Of a stretch of DNA of 44,108 bases, positions 24,353 to 32,170 are shown in pieces; position 1 is the stretch's first letter, and each line of letters begins with the position of its first letter. The DNA is taken from UHGV virus genome UHGV-0106768. One strand, 5' to 3'. Made by a program: the position numbers and the translations under genes. The stretch comes from a virus. A model generated the notes under the pieces. The model did no database searches, was not told the DNA's origin, and saw only the letters and a list, made by a program, of their open reading frames with translations.

Positions 24353-24594
24353 CGAAACAGGAATGTGCCATCGTGACAGCGTACACAGGGTTCGCTATGC
24401 TGAAGGGCAGCGACCTGAAATATCTGTACAATTATCTCTCCGGTCTCATCGGCAGGCCGGTGTATTCACACGAGATCCCTGCGGTCGCAGAAGCCTGCAA
24501 GGAACAAATACGAGAAGATTTCCTTGCCCTGTGCAGGAACGCAAAGGAGGCGGATGATGGATCATACAACAATGACGCTCGGCAGTCTGTTTGA
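24349..24594 (+). CDS. Hypothetical protein
   Basis: ATGA overlap with the upstream gene. 81-aa ORF. Confidence 0.5.
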   Translation: MTKQECAIVTAYTGFAMLKGSDLKYLYNYLSGLIGRPVYSHEIPAVAEACKEQIREDFLALCRNAKEADDGSYNNDARQSV

Positions 24595-26848
24595 CGGCTC
24601 CGGGGGCTTTCCGCTTGGTGGCATCCTCGCAGGGATCGAGCCAAGGTGGAGCAGCGAAATTGAACCTTTTCCGGTGCTTGTCACGCACAAGCGGCTGCCG
24701 CAGGTGCAGCACTACGGTGATGTATCTACGCTGAACGGCGCAGAGCTTCCGCCGGTGGATATCATCACCTTAGGCAGTCCTTGTCAGGACCTGTCTATTG
24801 CGGGCAAGCGTGCCGGAATCCATGACGGTGATCGGTCGAACCTGTTCTTTCAGGCGATCCGCATCATCAAAGAAATGAGGGATGCAACAAATGGACGATA
24901 TCCGCGATACTGCGTCTGGGAAAATGTCCCCGGCGCTTTCTCATCCAACGGAGGAAACGACTTCAAGGCTGTCCTCGAAGCAGTTATCGGAGTTAAAGAA
25001 AAAGGGATCGAGGTGCCTGCGCCTGAAAATCACAGATGGGCAAAATCAGACGTATATCTGGGAGACGGATGGAGCGTGGCTTACCGAGTTTTCGATGCTC
25101 AATACTGGGGTGTCCCCCAACGCAGAGCAAGAATCTACCTTGTCGCAGATTTTGCTGGCGAAAGTGCCGGAGAAATACTATTTAAGTCCGAAGGCGTGTC
25201 TTGGTATACTCCGCAGGGCTTCCGTGCGTGGCAAGGAGCTGCCGGAGGTGCTGAAGAAGGCACTGGAGAAACAGGCGGGCGGTCTGACGCTGGAGGTGGA
25301 ACCCTCTGCCTGAATACACAGGGCAACAGCGGCGTCGGCATCACCGAGGACAAGGCTCTCGCACTGGTCGCACAGGATCACGGGAATCATCCTGCCGTTC
25401 TTGCCGCAGGTTTTTCCACAGAGCATAGTGCAAAAGCACGCAGCATCGGATACGAGGAGGAAGTCTCCCCGACACTGAGAGCAGGTGTTGTTCCTGCGGC
25501 ACTCTCGGTCGAAAACCATCCGACAGACGGTCGTGTGAAGATCCGTGAGGACGACACCTGCCAGACACTTTGCAGCAGAGCCGGGACGGGCGGCAACAAT
25601 GTACCGCTTGTCGCTGAACCGATCACGCTGAAAATCAGGTCAGGCTGCGAAGGCGGCGGCAAGGGCGCTCTCTGGCAAACTGATAAATCTGCTACGCTTG
25701 CTACCAACAACAACCAGACACTCTTTCAGCCAGAGATCAAAGCCTTCGGTGTATGTAGCAAGCATTCCAATGCGATGATGTCAGACAATCCGCACAGTGG
25801 CTTTTACGAAGCGACCACGAGCAGAACGCTTGACCAGAGCGGTGGAAACTCCGTAACATCGAATCAGGGCGGCATCTGCGTGGTAGCACCTGCGCCGGAG
25901 ACATTCGATGTGCGTTTCACATCGGACGGCACGAAAAATGCTCGTGGGCATTGTTACCCGACAGACATTTCCCGATGCCTTGATACGAGCGAGGGATCGC
26001 CAGACTCGAATCACGGCGGTGTCGCTGTGGTGGCTCTTGAACCGGGGGCTGCATCACGTGTCGGCGGTCATGTGTACAGTGACGGCAAAAGCGGTACGCT
26101 TCGAGCCAATGCCGGCGATAATCAGCAGGCTGTTGTGGTCGCCGAGCCGGAGACCTATGCTCTGCAAGGCTCGATGATCGGTCGTGCCGACAAGAACGGT
26201 CCGCAGGGTGACGGCATCAATGAGGATGTGTGCTTTACGCTCAATACTTCAGACAGGCACGCTATTGCCGCACCCGATCCGTCTTTCACGATTTCCCGTG
26301 ACAATCACTTCGCCGTTTCGGAAGATATATCTGTTACGGCAGTTGCGAGAGGTCCTGCAACGGTCGCAGCCCCGGCAGATCACTACTGCACAAGCAAGAA
26401 TTCACACCACACGGTCGCTGTGCATGAGCAGGCAAACACGCTGGTCGCATCCGACTGGAAGGATCCGCCGCTTGTGAACGACCTTCCGAATGACGAGCCG
26501 GTATATATCGTAAGAAGGCTGACTCCGGTGGAGTGCGCCAGATTGCAGGGATTCCCGGACTGGTGGTGTGCCGACCTTGCGATTCCTGATCCTTCTGACG
26601 AGGAGATCGCCTTCTGGATGGAAGTATGGGAAACTTGGAGACAGATCACAAATCCCAAGGGCAAACCGAAAACGGAAAAGCAGATCCGCAAATGGCTGGC
26701 TAATCCGTACACGGACAGTGCCGAGTACAAGTTATGGGGCAACGGTGTCTCAGAGCCCGTTGTGTTCTTCGTGCTATCCGGCATTGCCTGGGCGGCACAG
26801 AATTCTGAAACTAATGCAGCAAATTGTGAACATTCTGATACTATGTAA
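24554..26848 (+). CDS. dcm: DNA (cytosine-5) methyltransferase with a variable region of about 450 aa made of tandem TRD-like repeats (probably multispecific)
   Basis: Motif I LFDGSGG, IV GSPCQDLS, VI WENVPG, VIII QRRARIYLVADF, IX RRLTPVECARLQGFP, X GNGVSEPV. AAGGAGG RBS before ATG 24554. Confidence 0.9.
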   Translation: MMDHTTMTLGSLFDGSGGFPLGGILAGIEPRWSSEIEPFPVLVTHKRLPQVQHYGDVSTLNGAELPPVDIITLGSPCQDLSIAGKRAGIHDGDRSNLFFQAIRIIKEMRDATNGRYPRYCVWENVPGAFSSNGGNDFKAVLEAVIGVKEKGIEVPAPENHRWAKSDVYLGDGWSVAYRVFDAQYWGVPQRRARIYLVADFAGESAGEILFKSEGVSWYTPQGFRAWQGAAGGAEEGTGETGGRSDAGGGTLCLNTQGNSGVGITEDKALALVAQDHGNHPAVLAAGFSTEHSAKARSIGYEEEVSPTLRAGVVPAALSVENHPTDGRVKIREDDTCQTLCSRAGTGGNNVPLVAEPITLKIRSGCEGGGKGALWQTDKSATLATNNNQTLFQPEIKAFGVCSKHSNAMMSDNPHSGFYEATTSRTLDQSGGNSVTSNQGGICVVAPAPETFDVRFTSDGTKNARGHCYPTDISRCLDTSEGSPDSNHGGVAVVALEPGAASRVGGHVYSDGKSGTLRANAGDNQQAVVVAEPETYALQGSMIGRADKNGPQGDGINEDVCFTLNTSDRHAIAAPDPSFTISRDNHFAVSEDISVTAVARGPATVAAPADHYCTSKNSHHTVAVHEQANTLVASDWKDPPLVNDLPNDEPVYIVRRLTPVECARLQGFPDWWCADLAIPDPSDEEIAFWMEVWETWRQITNPKGKPKTEKQIRKWLANPYTDSAEYKLWGNGVSEPVVFFVLSGIAWAAQNSETNAANCEHSDTM

Positions 26849-26925
26849 GCTGTTCTGTATGGGCTTTCCGTGATATGCACAATCTCAGGGGCGTAAAAGC
26901 CCCGTACACTCTACGATTTACAGTC

Positions 26926-26954
26926 TTGATATATCCGCCGTAATGGCGTAATAT
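26926..26954 (+). promoter_or_regulatory. Cassette promoter 1: TTGATA-17-TAATAT
   Basis: Exact 17-nt spacer. Conserved leader and GGAGG RBS follow, then ATG 27011. Confidence 0.7.
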
Positions 26955-27010
26955 GTGACTACCGCAAGGGAAAACCGAGCGGAATCAAAAACGAAACGGA
27001 GGATTCACAT

Positions 27011-28132
27011 ATGAAAACTTATGCAATGATCATTGGAAACCGCAAGGAACTCACAAAGAGAATCGAGGCACTCACCGGAGAGCGCAGCGTATACACCTTC
27101 ATGCCGAGATGCGCCTATGAGATCGGGGCATTCGCAGTCGAGAAGGACGGCACACTTACGGCACAGGACGATGCCGACCAGAGCGTGATCGACACCCTGA
27201 GAGCCGAGGGTATGATCGGTGGTGAGATCATCGCAGAGAGCATCAAGGCAGTCGAGCCGGAGCAGACCGATGAGACCGCAGAGCCGGAACAGCCTGCACC
27301 GCCCGTAAGCACCGATGAATGGGACGATGATGAGGATGACGACGATGAGAACAGCGTCGAGGGCGAGAATGCGGAAGCGGAAGAGCCGGAGGAGTCCGAA
27401 GAAAATGCCGATAAGTCGGAGCCTTCCGCAGAGCCAGAAGCCGCACCTCCTGCGACCGAGGATGCCTGGGATGATGAACCGGAGGATGAACCCGGCGACG
27501 AGCCGGAAGAAACCACCGAGCTTCCTGAACCGCTGACCGCAGAGATCAGCTTCCCGCTGAGCCATCACACGGTGCAGAGCCTTACAAACCTCATCTGCAT
27601 GATCCACTCCCGCGGCGCACTTCTCAGCAAGGCAACCGGCGGACAGTTTTACGCTGACAAGAGCCTCGCCGATGCGATCCTCGATGACAAGACCTTCCGC
27701 AGCATTCACGAGCTGATCGCCTACATCAGAGAATGGGAGGAGACGAATCCTGAACTGAAGGGCATCCGCTTCGCCGATGACAAGCTAATCTTTGACGGCT
27801 TCGGTGCAGCGCAGGATGCCGAAACGGTGCAGACCTTCACCAAGCTCGCCACAGCCATGAACAGGATGGCGATCACGCAGAAACGTGTGCAGGCAAAGGA
27901 TGTCGATGACAGCAACGAAAAGTACGCACTCCGCATCTGGCTGATCCGCCTTGGGCTGAACGGCGCAGACTGCAAGGTTGACCGCAAGCGCCTCATGGCT
28001 CCGCTTTCCGGACACACCGCATTCCGCAACGATGCGGAGCGTGTGCGCTGGGAGGCAAAGCAAAAGGCAAAGCGTGATGCTGCCAGAACCGAACTGACCG
28101 AGGAGGATGAAAACGATGCAGTTTCCGAATGA
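27011..28132 (+). CDS. Hypothetical protein with an acidic low-complexity region of about 90 aa and an amidoligase-like C-terminal tail
   Basis: 373-aa ORF. Acidic tract EPEQTDETAEPEQ...DDDEDDDDENSVEGENAEAEEPEESEE. The C-terminus EKYALRIWLIRLGLNG...LSGHTAFR parallels KKFAMRTWLMRMGFIG...LTGDNSFR of the neighbouring amidoligase. Confidence 0.6.
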   Translation: MKTYAMIIGNRKELTKRIEALTGERSVYTFMPRCAYEIGAFAVEKDGTLTAQDDADQSVIDTLRAEGMIGGEIIAESIKAVEPEQTDETAEPEQPAPPVSTDEWDDDEDDDDENSVEGENAEAEEPEESEENADKSEPSAEPEAAPPATEDAWDDEPEDEPGDEPEETTELPEPLTAEISFPLSHHTVQSLTNLICMIHSRGALLSKATGGQFYADKSLADAILDDKTFRSIHELIAYIREWEETNPELKGIRFADDKLIFDGFGAAQDAETVQTFTKLATAMNRMAITQKRVQAKDVDDSNEKYALRIWLIRLGLNGADCKVDRKRLMAPLSGHTAFRNDAERVRWEAKQKAKRDAARTELTEEDENDAVSE

Positions 28133-28364
28133 AAGACAGCTCAGAGCCTTGCGGGAGCGTTATCCCGCAGGAACCCGCATCCGACTGAAGCATATGGATG
28201 ACCCTTATGCACCCGTACCGCCCGGCACGGTCGGAGAGGTTCAGATGGTCGATGACGGCGGCAACATACACATGGTCTGGGAGAATGGCAGAACGCTCTC
28301 CCTTATAGACGGTGTCGATGATTTCCAAGTCATTTCTGACCGCAATGGGGGCTCCGGAAAATAA
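28116..28364 (+). CDS. DUF4314 domain protein
   Basis: GAGGAGGA RBS. RYPAGTRIRLKHMDDPYAPVPPGTVGEVQMVDDGGNIHMVWENGRTLSL is the DUF4314 pattern. Confidence 0.7.
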   Translation: MQFPNERQLRALRERYPAGTRIRLKHMDDPYAPVPPGTVGEVQMVDDGGNIHMVWENGRTLSLIDGVDDFQVISDRNGGSGK

Positions 28365-28477
28365 GAGATCCTATTCCATTGTATCCGAGTATACCATAGA
28401 ATTTCAAGTATATCAAGTGTACACATACACCAGATATGAGCAATGTATTTTCCTCGATATTCTGTGGTTTTAGCGGC

Positions 28478-28506
28478 TTGCTATATCCTCCGAAAGACGG
28501 TAACAT
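28478..28506 (+). promoter_or_regulatory. Cassette promoter 2: TTGCTA-17-TAACAT
   Basis: Exact 17-nt spacer. Leader hairpin GGGC-AAAC-GCCC at 28521-28532. GGAGG RBS. Confidence 0.7.
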
Positions 28507-28561
28507 GTGACACAACGGAAGGGCAAACGCCCACCGAAAAACCGAATCGGAGGATACCAAA

Positions 28562-29506
28562 ATGACTGAGAAAACCGCACAGCAGATCAACAGAATGAAG
28601 GAGCAGACCATCGGGGTTGAGATCGAGATGAACAACATCACCCGCAAGGCTGCCGCAAAGCTCGCCGCCAACTTCTTCGGCACCAGCCGCACCGAGTACA
28701 CCGCACACCGCAACGGCTACGAAACCTACAGCGCATGGGATGCACAGGGCAGAGAGTGGAAATTCCAGAAGGACGTCAGCATCGCAGGCCCCGACAGCGA
28801 AAAGTGCGAACTGGTCACACCGATCCTGCACTACGCAGACATCGAAACCCTGCAGGAGCTTGTGAGAAGGCTCAGAAAGGCAGGAGCGCGCAGTGATTAC
28901 ACGCGGGGATGTGGAGTCCACTGCCACATTGGAGCCCAGGGACACACACCGCAGACCTTGAGAAACCTCGCAAACCTGATGGCAAGCCACGAAACCCTGA
29001 TCGCCGAGGCAATCAGAGTAGACCAGAGCAGAATGCGCCGCTACTGCAGAACAGTTGACCCGAGATTCCTTGAACAGCTCAACCGCAAAAAGCCCACCAC
29101 GATGGCACAGCTTGCGGACATCTGGTACGGCGCACAGGGCTGCGAATACGGCAGAACCCACCACTACAACGACAGCCGCTATCACATGCTCAACCTCCAC
29201 GCTACCTTCACCAAAGGCACGGTCGAGTTCAGACTTTTCCAGTTCGCACCGCCTTCCAACGGCAAGCAGAACGGGCTCCACGCAGGCAAGCTCAAGAGCT
29301 ACATTCAGCTCTGCCTCGCAATGAGCCAGATGGCAAAGGACCTGCGGAGCGCCAGCCCCAAGGAACAGCAGAAGGAAAACAAAAAGTTCGCCATGCGGAC
29401 TTGGCTGATGAGAATGGGATTCATCGGGGACGAATTCGCAACCGCAAGGGAAACCCTCACCGAGAACCTTACAGGCGACAACAGCTTCCGCTTCGGCAGA
29501 CCTTAA
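28562..29506 (+). CDS. Amidoligase (glutamine-synthetase-like COOH-NH2 ligase family of phages and ICEs)
   Basis: N-terminus TIGVEIEMNNITRKAAAKLAANFFG and the core CGVHCHIG...GTVEFRLFQ match my recollection of the 'putative amidoligase enzyme' family. Confidence 0.7.
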   Translation: MTEKTAQQINRMKEQTIGVEIEMNNITRKAAAKLAANFFGTSRTEYTAHRNGYETYSAWDAQGREWKFQKDVSIAGPDSEKCELVTPILHYADIETLQELVRRLRKAGARSDYTRGCGVHCHIGAQGHTPQTLRNLANLMASHETLIAEAIRVDQSRMRRYCRTVDPRFLEQLNRKKPTTMAQLADIWYGAQGCEYGRTHHYNDSRYHMLNLHATFTKGTVEFRLFQFAPPSNGKQNGLHAGKLKSYIQLCLAMSQMAKDLRSASPKEQQKENKKFAMRTWLMRMGFIGDEFATARETLTENLTGDNSFRFGRP

Positions 29507-29542
29507 AGCCTGCCCTGCGGGGCGGAAGAACAAGCGGAACGT

Positions 29543-29670
29543 CACGGCGGCGCACACAGCACCCTCATCGCCACGTGTGGGGCGGAAGGGTATCCTCCGA
29601 ACACATACCCAACTCAGTCAACCGAGCCACACAGCGCAAATGTAGGCAAGGCATAAAATGCACAACATAC
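29543..29670. repeat. GC-rich intergenic S-module, copy 1 (divergent, hairpin arms apparently in inverted order)
   Basis: CACGGCGGCGCACAC...CCACGTGTGGGGCGG...GGCAAGGCATAAAATGCACAACA shares blocks with the copies at 32.2, 33.1 and 34.4 kb. Confidence 0.5.
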
Positions 29671-29709
29671 GGCACAGAATCGCCCTCGATGATCTGTTCA
29701 TTTACTCGC

Positions 29710-29738
29710 TTGATAATGCCGCCGAAAAGAGTTAACAT
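29710..29738 (+). promoter_or_regulatory. Cassette promoter 3: TTGATA-17-TAACAT
   Basis: Exact 17-nt spacer. Leader variant CTACCGCAAGG. AGGAG RBS. Confidence 0.65.
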
Positions 29739-29777
29739 GGCACTACCGCAAGGAAAAAACGCAAAGGAGAACATAGC

Positions 29778-30239
29778 ATGAACAAGAAAAAATACTACAT
29801 AGCCTACGGCAGCAACCTCAACATCCGCCAGATGCGGTTCCGCTGCCCAGGCGCAAAGCCCATCGGCATTTCCGCGATTCCTGACTACGAACTGCTCTTC
29901 AAGAGCAGCAAGACGGGAGCGTACCTCACCATCGAGCCGAAGGACGGCGGGCTTGTTCCGGTCGCCGTGTGGGAAGTGACAGCCGACGATGAGAAGCACC
30001 TCGACATCTACGAGGGCTACCCGAACTTCTACTACAAAAAAGAAGTACGCCTGCCGATCAAGCTGGCAAACGGCAAGACCAAAAAGGTCACGGCATTTGT
30101 CTACATCATGCACGAGGAGCGTGAGATTGCGATCCCGTCAATGACCTACATCCGCACCTGCGAGGAAGGCTACCGCAACTTCGGATTTGATGTGAAGTAC
30201 CTTGACAGGGCATACATGAGAAGCACAAAGGAGGACTGA
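29778..30239 (+). CDS. Gamma-glutamyl cyclotransferase / AIG2-like protein
   Basis: YYIAYGSNLNIRQMRFRCPGA N-terminus, and ...YEGYPNFY, typical of the GGCT/AIG2 fold. Confidence 0.7.
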   Translation: MNKKKYYIAYGSNLNIRQMRFRCPGAKPIGISAIPDYELLFKSSKTGAYLTIEPKDGGLVPVAVWEVTADDEKHLDIYEGYPNFYYKKEVRLPIKLANGKTKKVTAFVYIMHEEREIAIPSMTYIRTCEEGYRNFGFDVKYLDRAYMRSTKED

Positions 30240-30241
30240 AA

Positions 30242-30445
30242 ATGAAAGAACAGGTTTTTGAGAAGCGTACATGTCCGCAATGCGGACGCACCTACACCGA
30301 GCGTCCTGCCCTATCCCGCTACGACAACGACACGATCATCTGCCCGGACTGCGGCACGAGGGAGGCACTCGAAAGCATGGGCATCAGCATCGAGGAACAG
30401 GACAAGATCCTCGGCATCATCCACGAGAAGTACAACGGCGAATAA
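30242..30445 (+). CDS. Small zinc-ribbon protein
   Basis: CPQCG...CPDCG pairs. Starts 2 nt after the upstream stop. Confidence 0.55.
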   Translation: MKEQVFEKRTCPQCGRTYTERPALSRYDNDTIICPDCGTREALESMGISIEEQDKILGIIHEKYNGE

Positions 30446-30516
30446 GGCGACATAAAGGGGCGTTACAGCCCCTTTCCGCATTCTCAGGGATAACTTTATC
30501 CCCCACTTTCCGGGCG

Positions 30517-30565
30517 TGACACGGCGCGTTCTGGCGCAAACTGTGGGCTTGTGTATATGTACCTG
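30517..30565. repeat. S-module, partial copy
   Basis: TGACACGGCGCGTTCTGGCGCAAACTGTGGGCTTGTGTATATGTACC matches the 3' half of the other copies. Confidence 0.5.
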
Positions 30566-30617
30566 TTCAGCTTGCTGAAAACGGCGATTCTTCTACGATT
30601 TATTTTGCATATAGGCG

Positions 30618-30646
30618 TGGACATATCGCCGGGATCATGGTAATAT
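30618..30646 (+). promoter_or_regulatory. Cassette promoter 4: TGGACA-17-TAATAT
   Basis: Exact 17-nt spacer. AT-rich upstream block TTTATTTTGCA. Leader hairpin GGGC-AGACA-GCCC. Confidence 0.65.
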
Positions 30647-30704
30647 GCTACACAACGGCAGGGGCAGACAGCCCACCGGAATTCATAACATGGAGGATAC
30701 GAAC

Positions 30705-31175
30705 ATGAACGAAAGCTACTTTGAGGAGATGACCTTCCAGTGCGCCGCCTATGAACGCGCCAAAAAGGAGCGCGCCGAGCGCAAGGCTCAGATTGCCGAA
30801 GCCCACGGCTACGACAGCCCGGAGATGGACGCTTGGTACGCTGAGGAGAAGGCGGCGGGTCCTTACCCCTACAGCGGCGGTGAGATGAAAGCCTACTGGG
30901 TGTACAAGATGCGCCGCGAGAACGACGGTGACGAGTTCGAGATGAGCGATTACTGCTGGGACAAGGAATTCCACGATTTCATCGAAACGCTCCGCAAGCT
31001 AGGCATCACCGAGTTCACGATCACCAATCAGAGCACGGCGCTGATGGAGAACATCTACGGATTTATTGCAGAAGGCTGCACGATGGTCGGAACGCACACC
31101 ATCACCAAGAAGAGCCTGCGCTGGAGCGAGGAAGAATACGAAACGGCACAGGGCATCCTTTTCAAGGTGAACTGA
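30705..31175 (+). CDS. Hypothetical protein
   Basis: GGAGGATACGAAC-ATG. 156-aa ORF. Confidence 0.6.
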   Translation: MNESYFEEMTFQCAAYERAKKERAERKAQIAEAHGYDSPEMDAWYAEEKAAGPYPYSGGEMKAYWVYKMRRENDGDEFEMSDYCWDKEFHDFIETLRKLGITEFTITNQSTALMENIYGFIAEGCTMVGTHTITKKSLRWSEEEYETAQGILFKVN

Positions 31176-31183
31176 TATCGACA

Positions 31184-31207
31184 GGAGCAGGGCTTCGGCT
31201 CTGCTCC
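31184..31207 (+). terminator. GC-rich TTCG-loop hairpin after a cassette gene
   Basis: GGAGCAGGGC-TTCG-GCTCTGCTCC. Near-identical copy at 33632-33655. A C/T-rich tail follows, but no clean U-tract. Confidence 0.5.
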
Positions 31208-31293
31208 CCCTCCCCCTTTTCCTCATGTGTAACTCCTACAATACGAAAGGCTGAGATCGGCGATTCTTCTACGTTTTATTTTGCACATAGGCG

Positions 31294-31322
31294 TGGACTT
31301 ATCAGCAGGATCATGGTAATAT
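31294..31322 (+). promoter_or_regulatory. Cassette promoter 5: TGGACT-17-TAATAT
   Basis: Exact 17-nt spacer. Upstream block shared with promoter 4. Leader hairpin GGGC-AGAAC-GCCT. Confidence 0.65.
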
Positions 31323-31377
31323 GTGACACAACGGAAGGGCAGAACGCCTACCGAAAAACGAAACGGAGGATAACACC

Positions 31378-31698
31378 ATGAACCCCTACACACTGAGAAA
31401 GAGCCTGAACCTGATTGATGCCAACACGGCGATCACCCGCGAGGACTTCGAGAGCCTCTTCTGCAAGACTGCAGAGCGTGTCACCTTTACCTTCAACGGT
31501 TGGGACGGCAAGAGCTATGATGGCGAGAGCCGCAGCGGTTACGTTTACCGCACCATCATCGAGGGCTACGAGAATGTGAGATTCGTTAAGGTCGGCAAGG
31601 GACTGCATTACATCGATGAGGACAGCAGCATTACCGAGAAGGCTACGGGCATCGCCCACAAGGAAGCAGAGTGGCTGGTCGATGTGAAGAGAGCATAA
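31378..31698 (+). CDS. Hypothetical protein
   Basis: GGAGGATAACACC-ATG. 106-aa ORF. Confidence 0.6.
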   Translation: MNPYTLRKSLNLIDANTAITREDFESLFCKTAERVTFTFNGWDGKSYDGESRSGYVYRTIIEGYENVRFVKVGKGLHYIDEDSSITEKATGIAHKEAEWLVDVKRA

Positions 31699-31763
31699 GC
31701 AAAACAGCGGAGCCCTTCCTGCGGGGAGGGCTTACCGCAGAAAAAACATGGAGGTTTACGAAC

Positions 31764-32147
31764 ATGAGTACGAATTCAAGAGTCGGAATCCTGCATCAGG
31801 ACGGCGCCACGGAGACAATCTACTGCCATTGGGACGGCTACCCCGAACACCAGATGCCCATCCTCACCGAGCATTATAACACCGCCGAGAAGGTCAAGGC
31901 ACTGCTTGCCCTTGGAGACATCAGCATCCTCGGCGAGCGCCTTGCTCCCGATGCGGATGAGCCGCACAGCTTTGAAAAGCCTGCCGATGGTGTGACGGTT
32001 GCTTACCACCGCGACCGCAAAGAGCCGATGCAGCCTGCGGTCACCCACAAGAGCGTTGTTTCCCTGATGAGCGATGACTGGGGCATTCCGTATTACTACC
32101 TTTTCGATGAGGAAAAAGGAGCATGGCTTCCGCCGACCGAGGACTGA
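31764..32147 (+). CDS. Hypothetical protein
   Basis: GGAGG RBS before ATG 31764. 127-aa ORF. Confidence 0.6.
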   Translation: MSTNSRVGILHQDGATETIYCHWDGYPEHQMPILTEHYNTAEKVKALLALGDISILGERLAPDADEPHSFEKPADGVTVAYHRDRKEPMQPAVTHKSVVSLMSDDWGIPYYYLFDEEKGAWLPPTED

Positions 32148-32170
32148 TAGGTTCAGCCCTGCGGTGCTGA

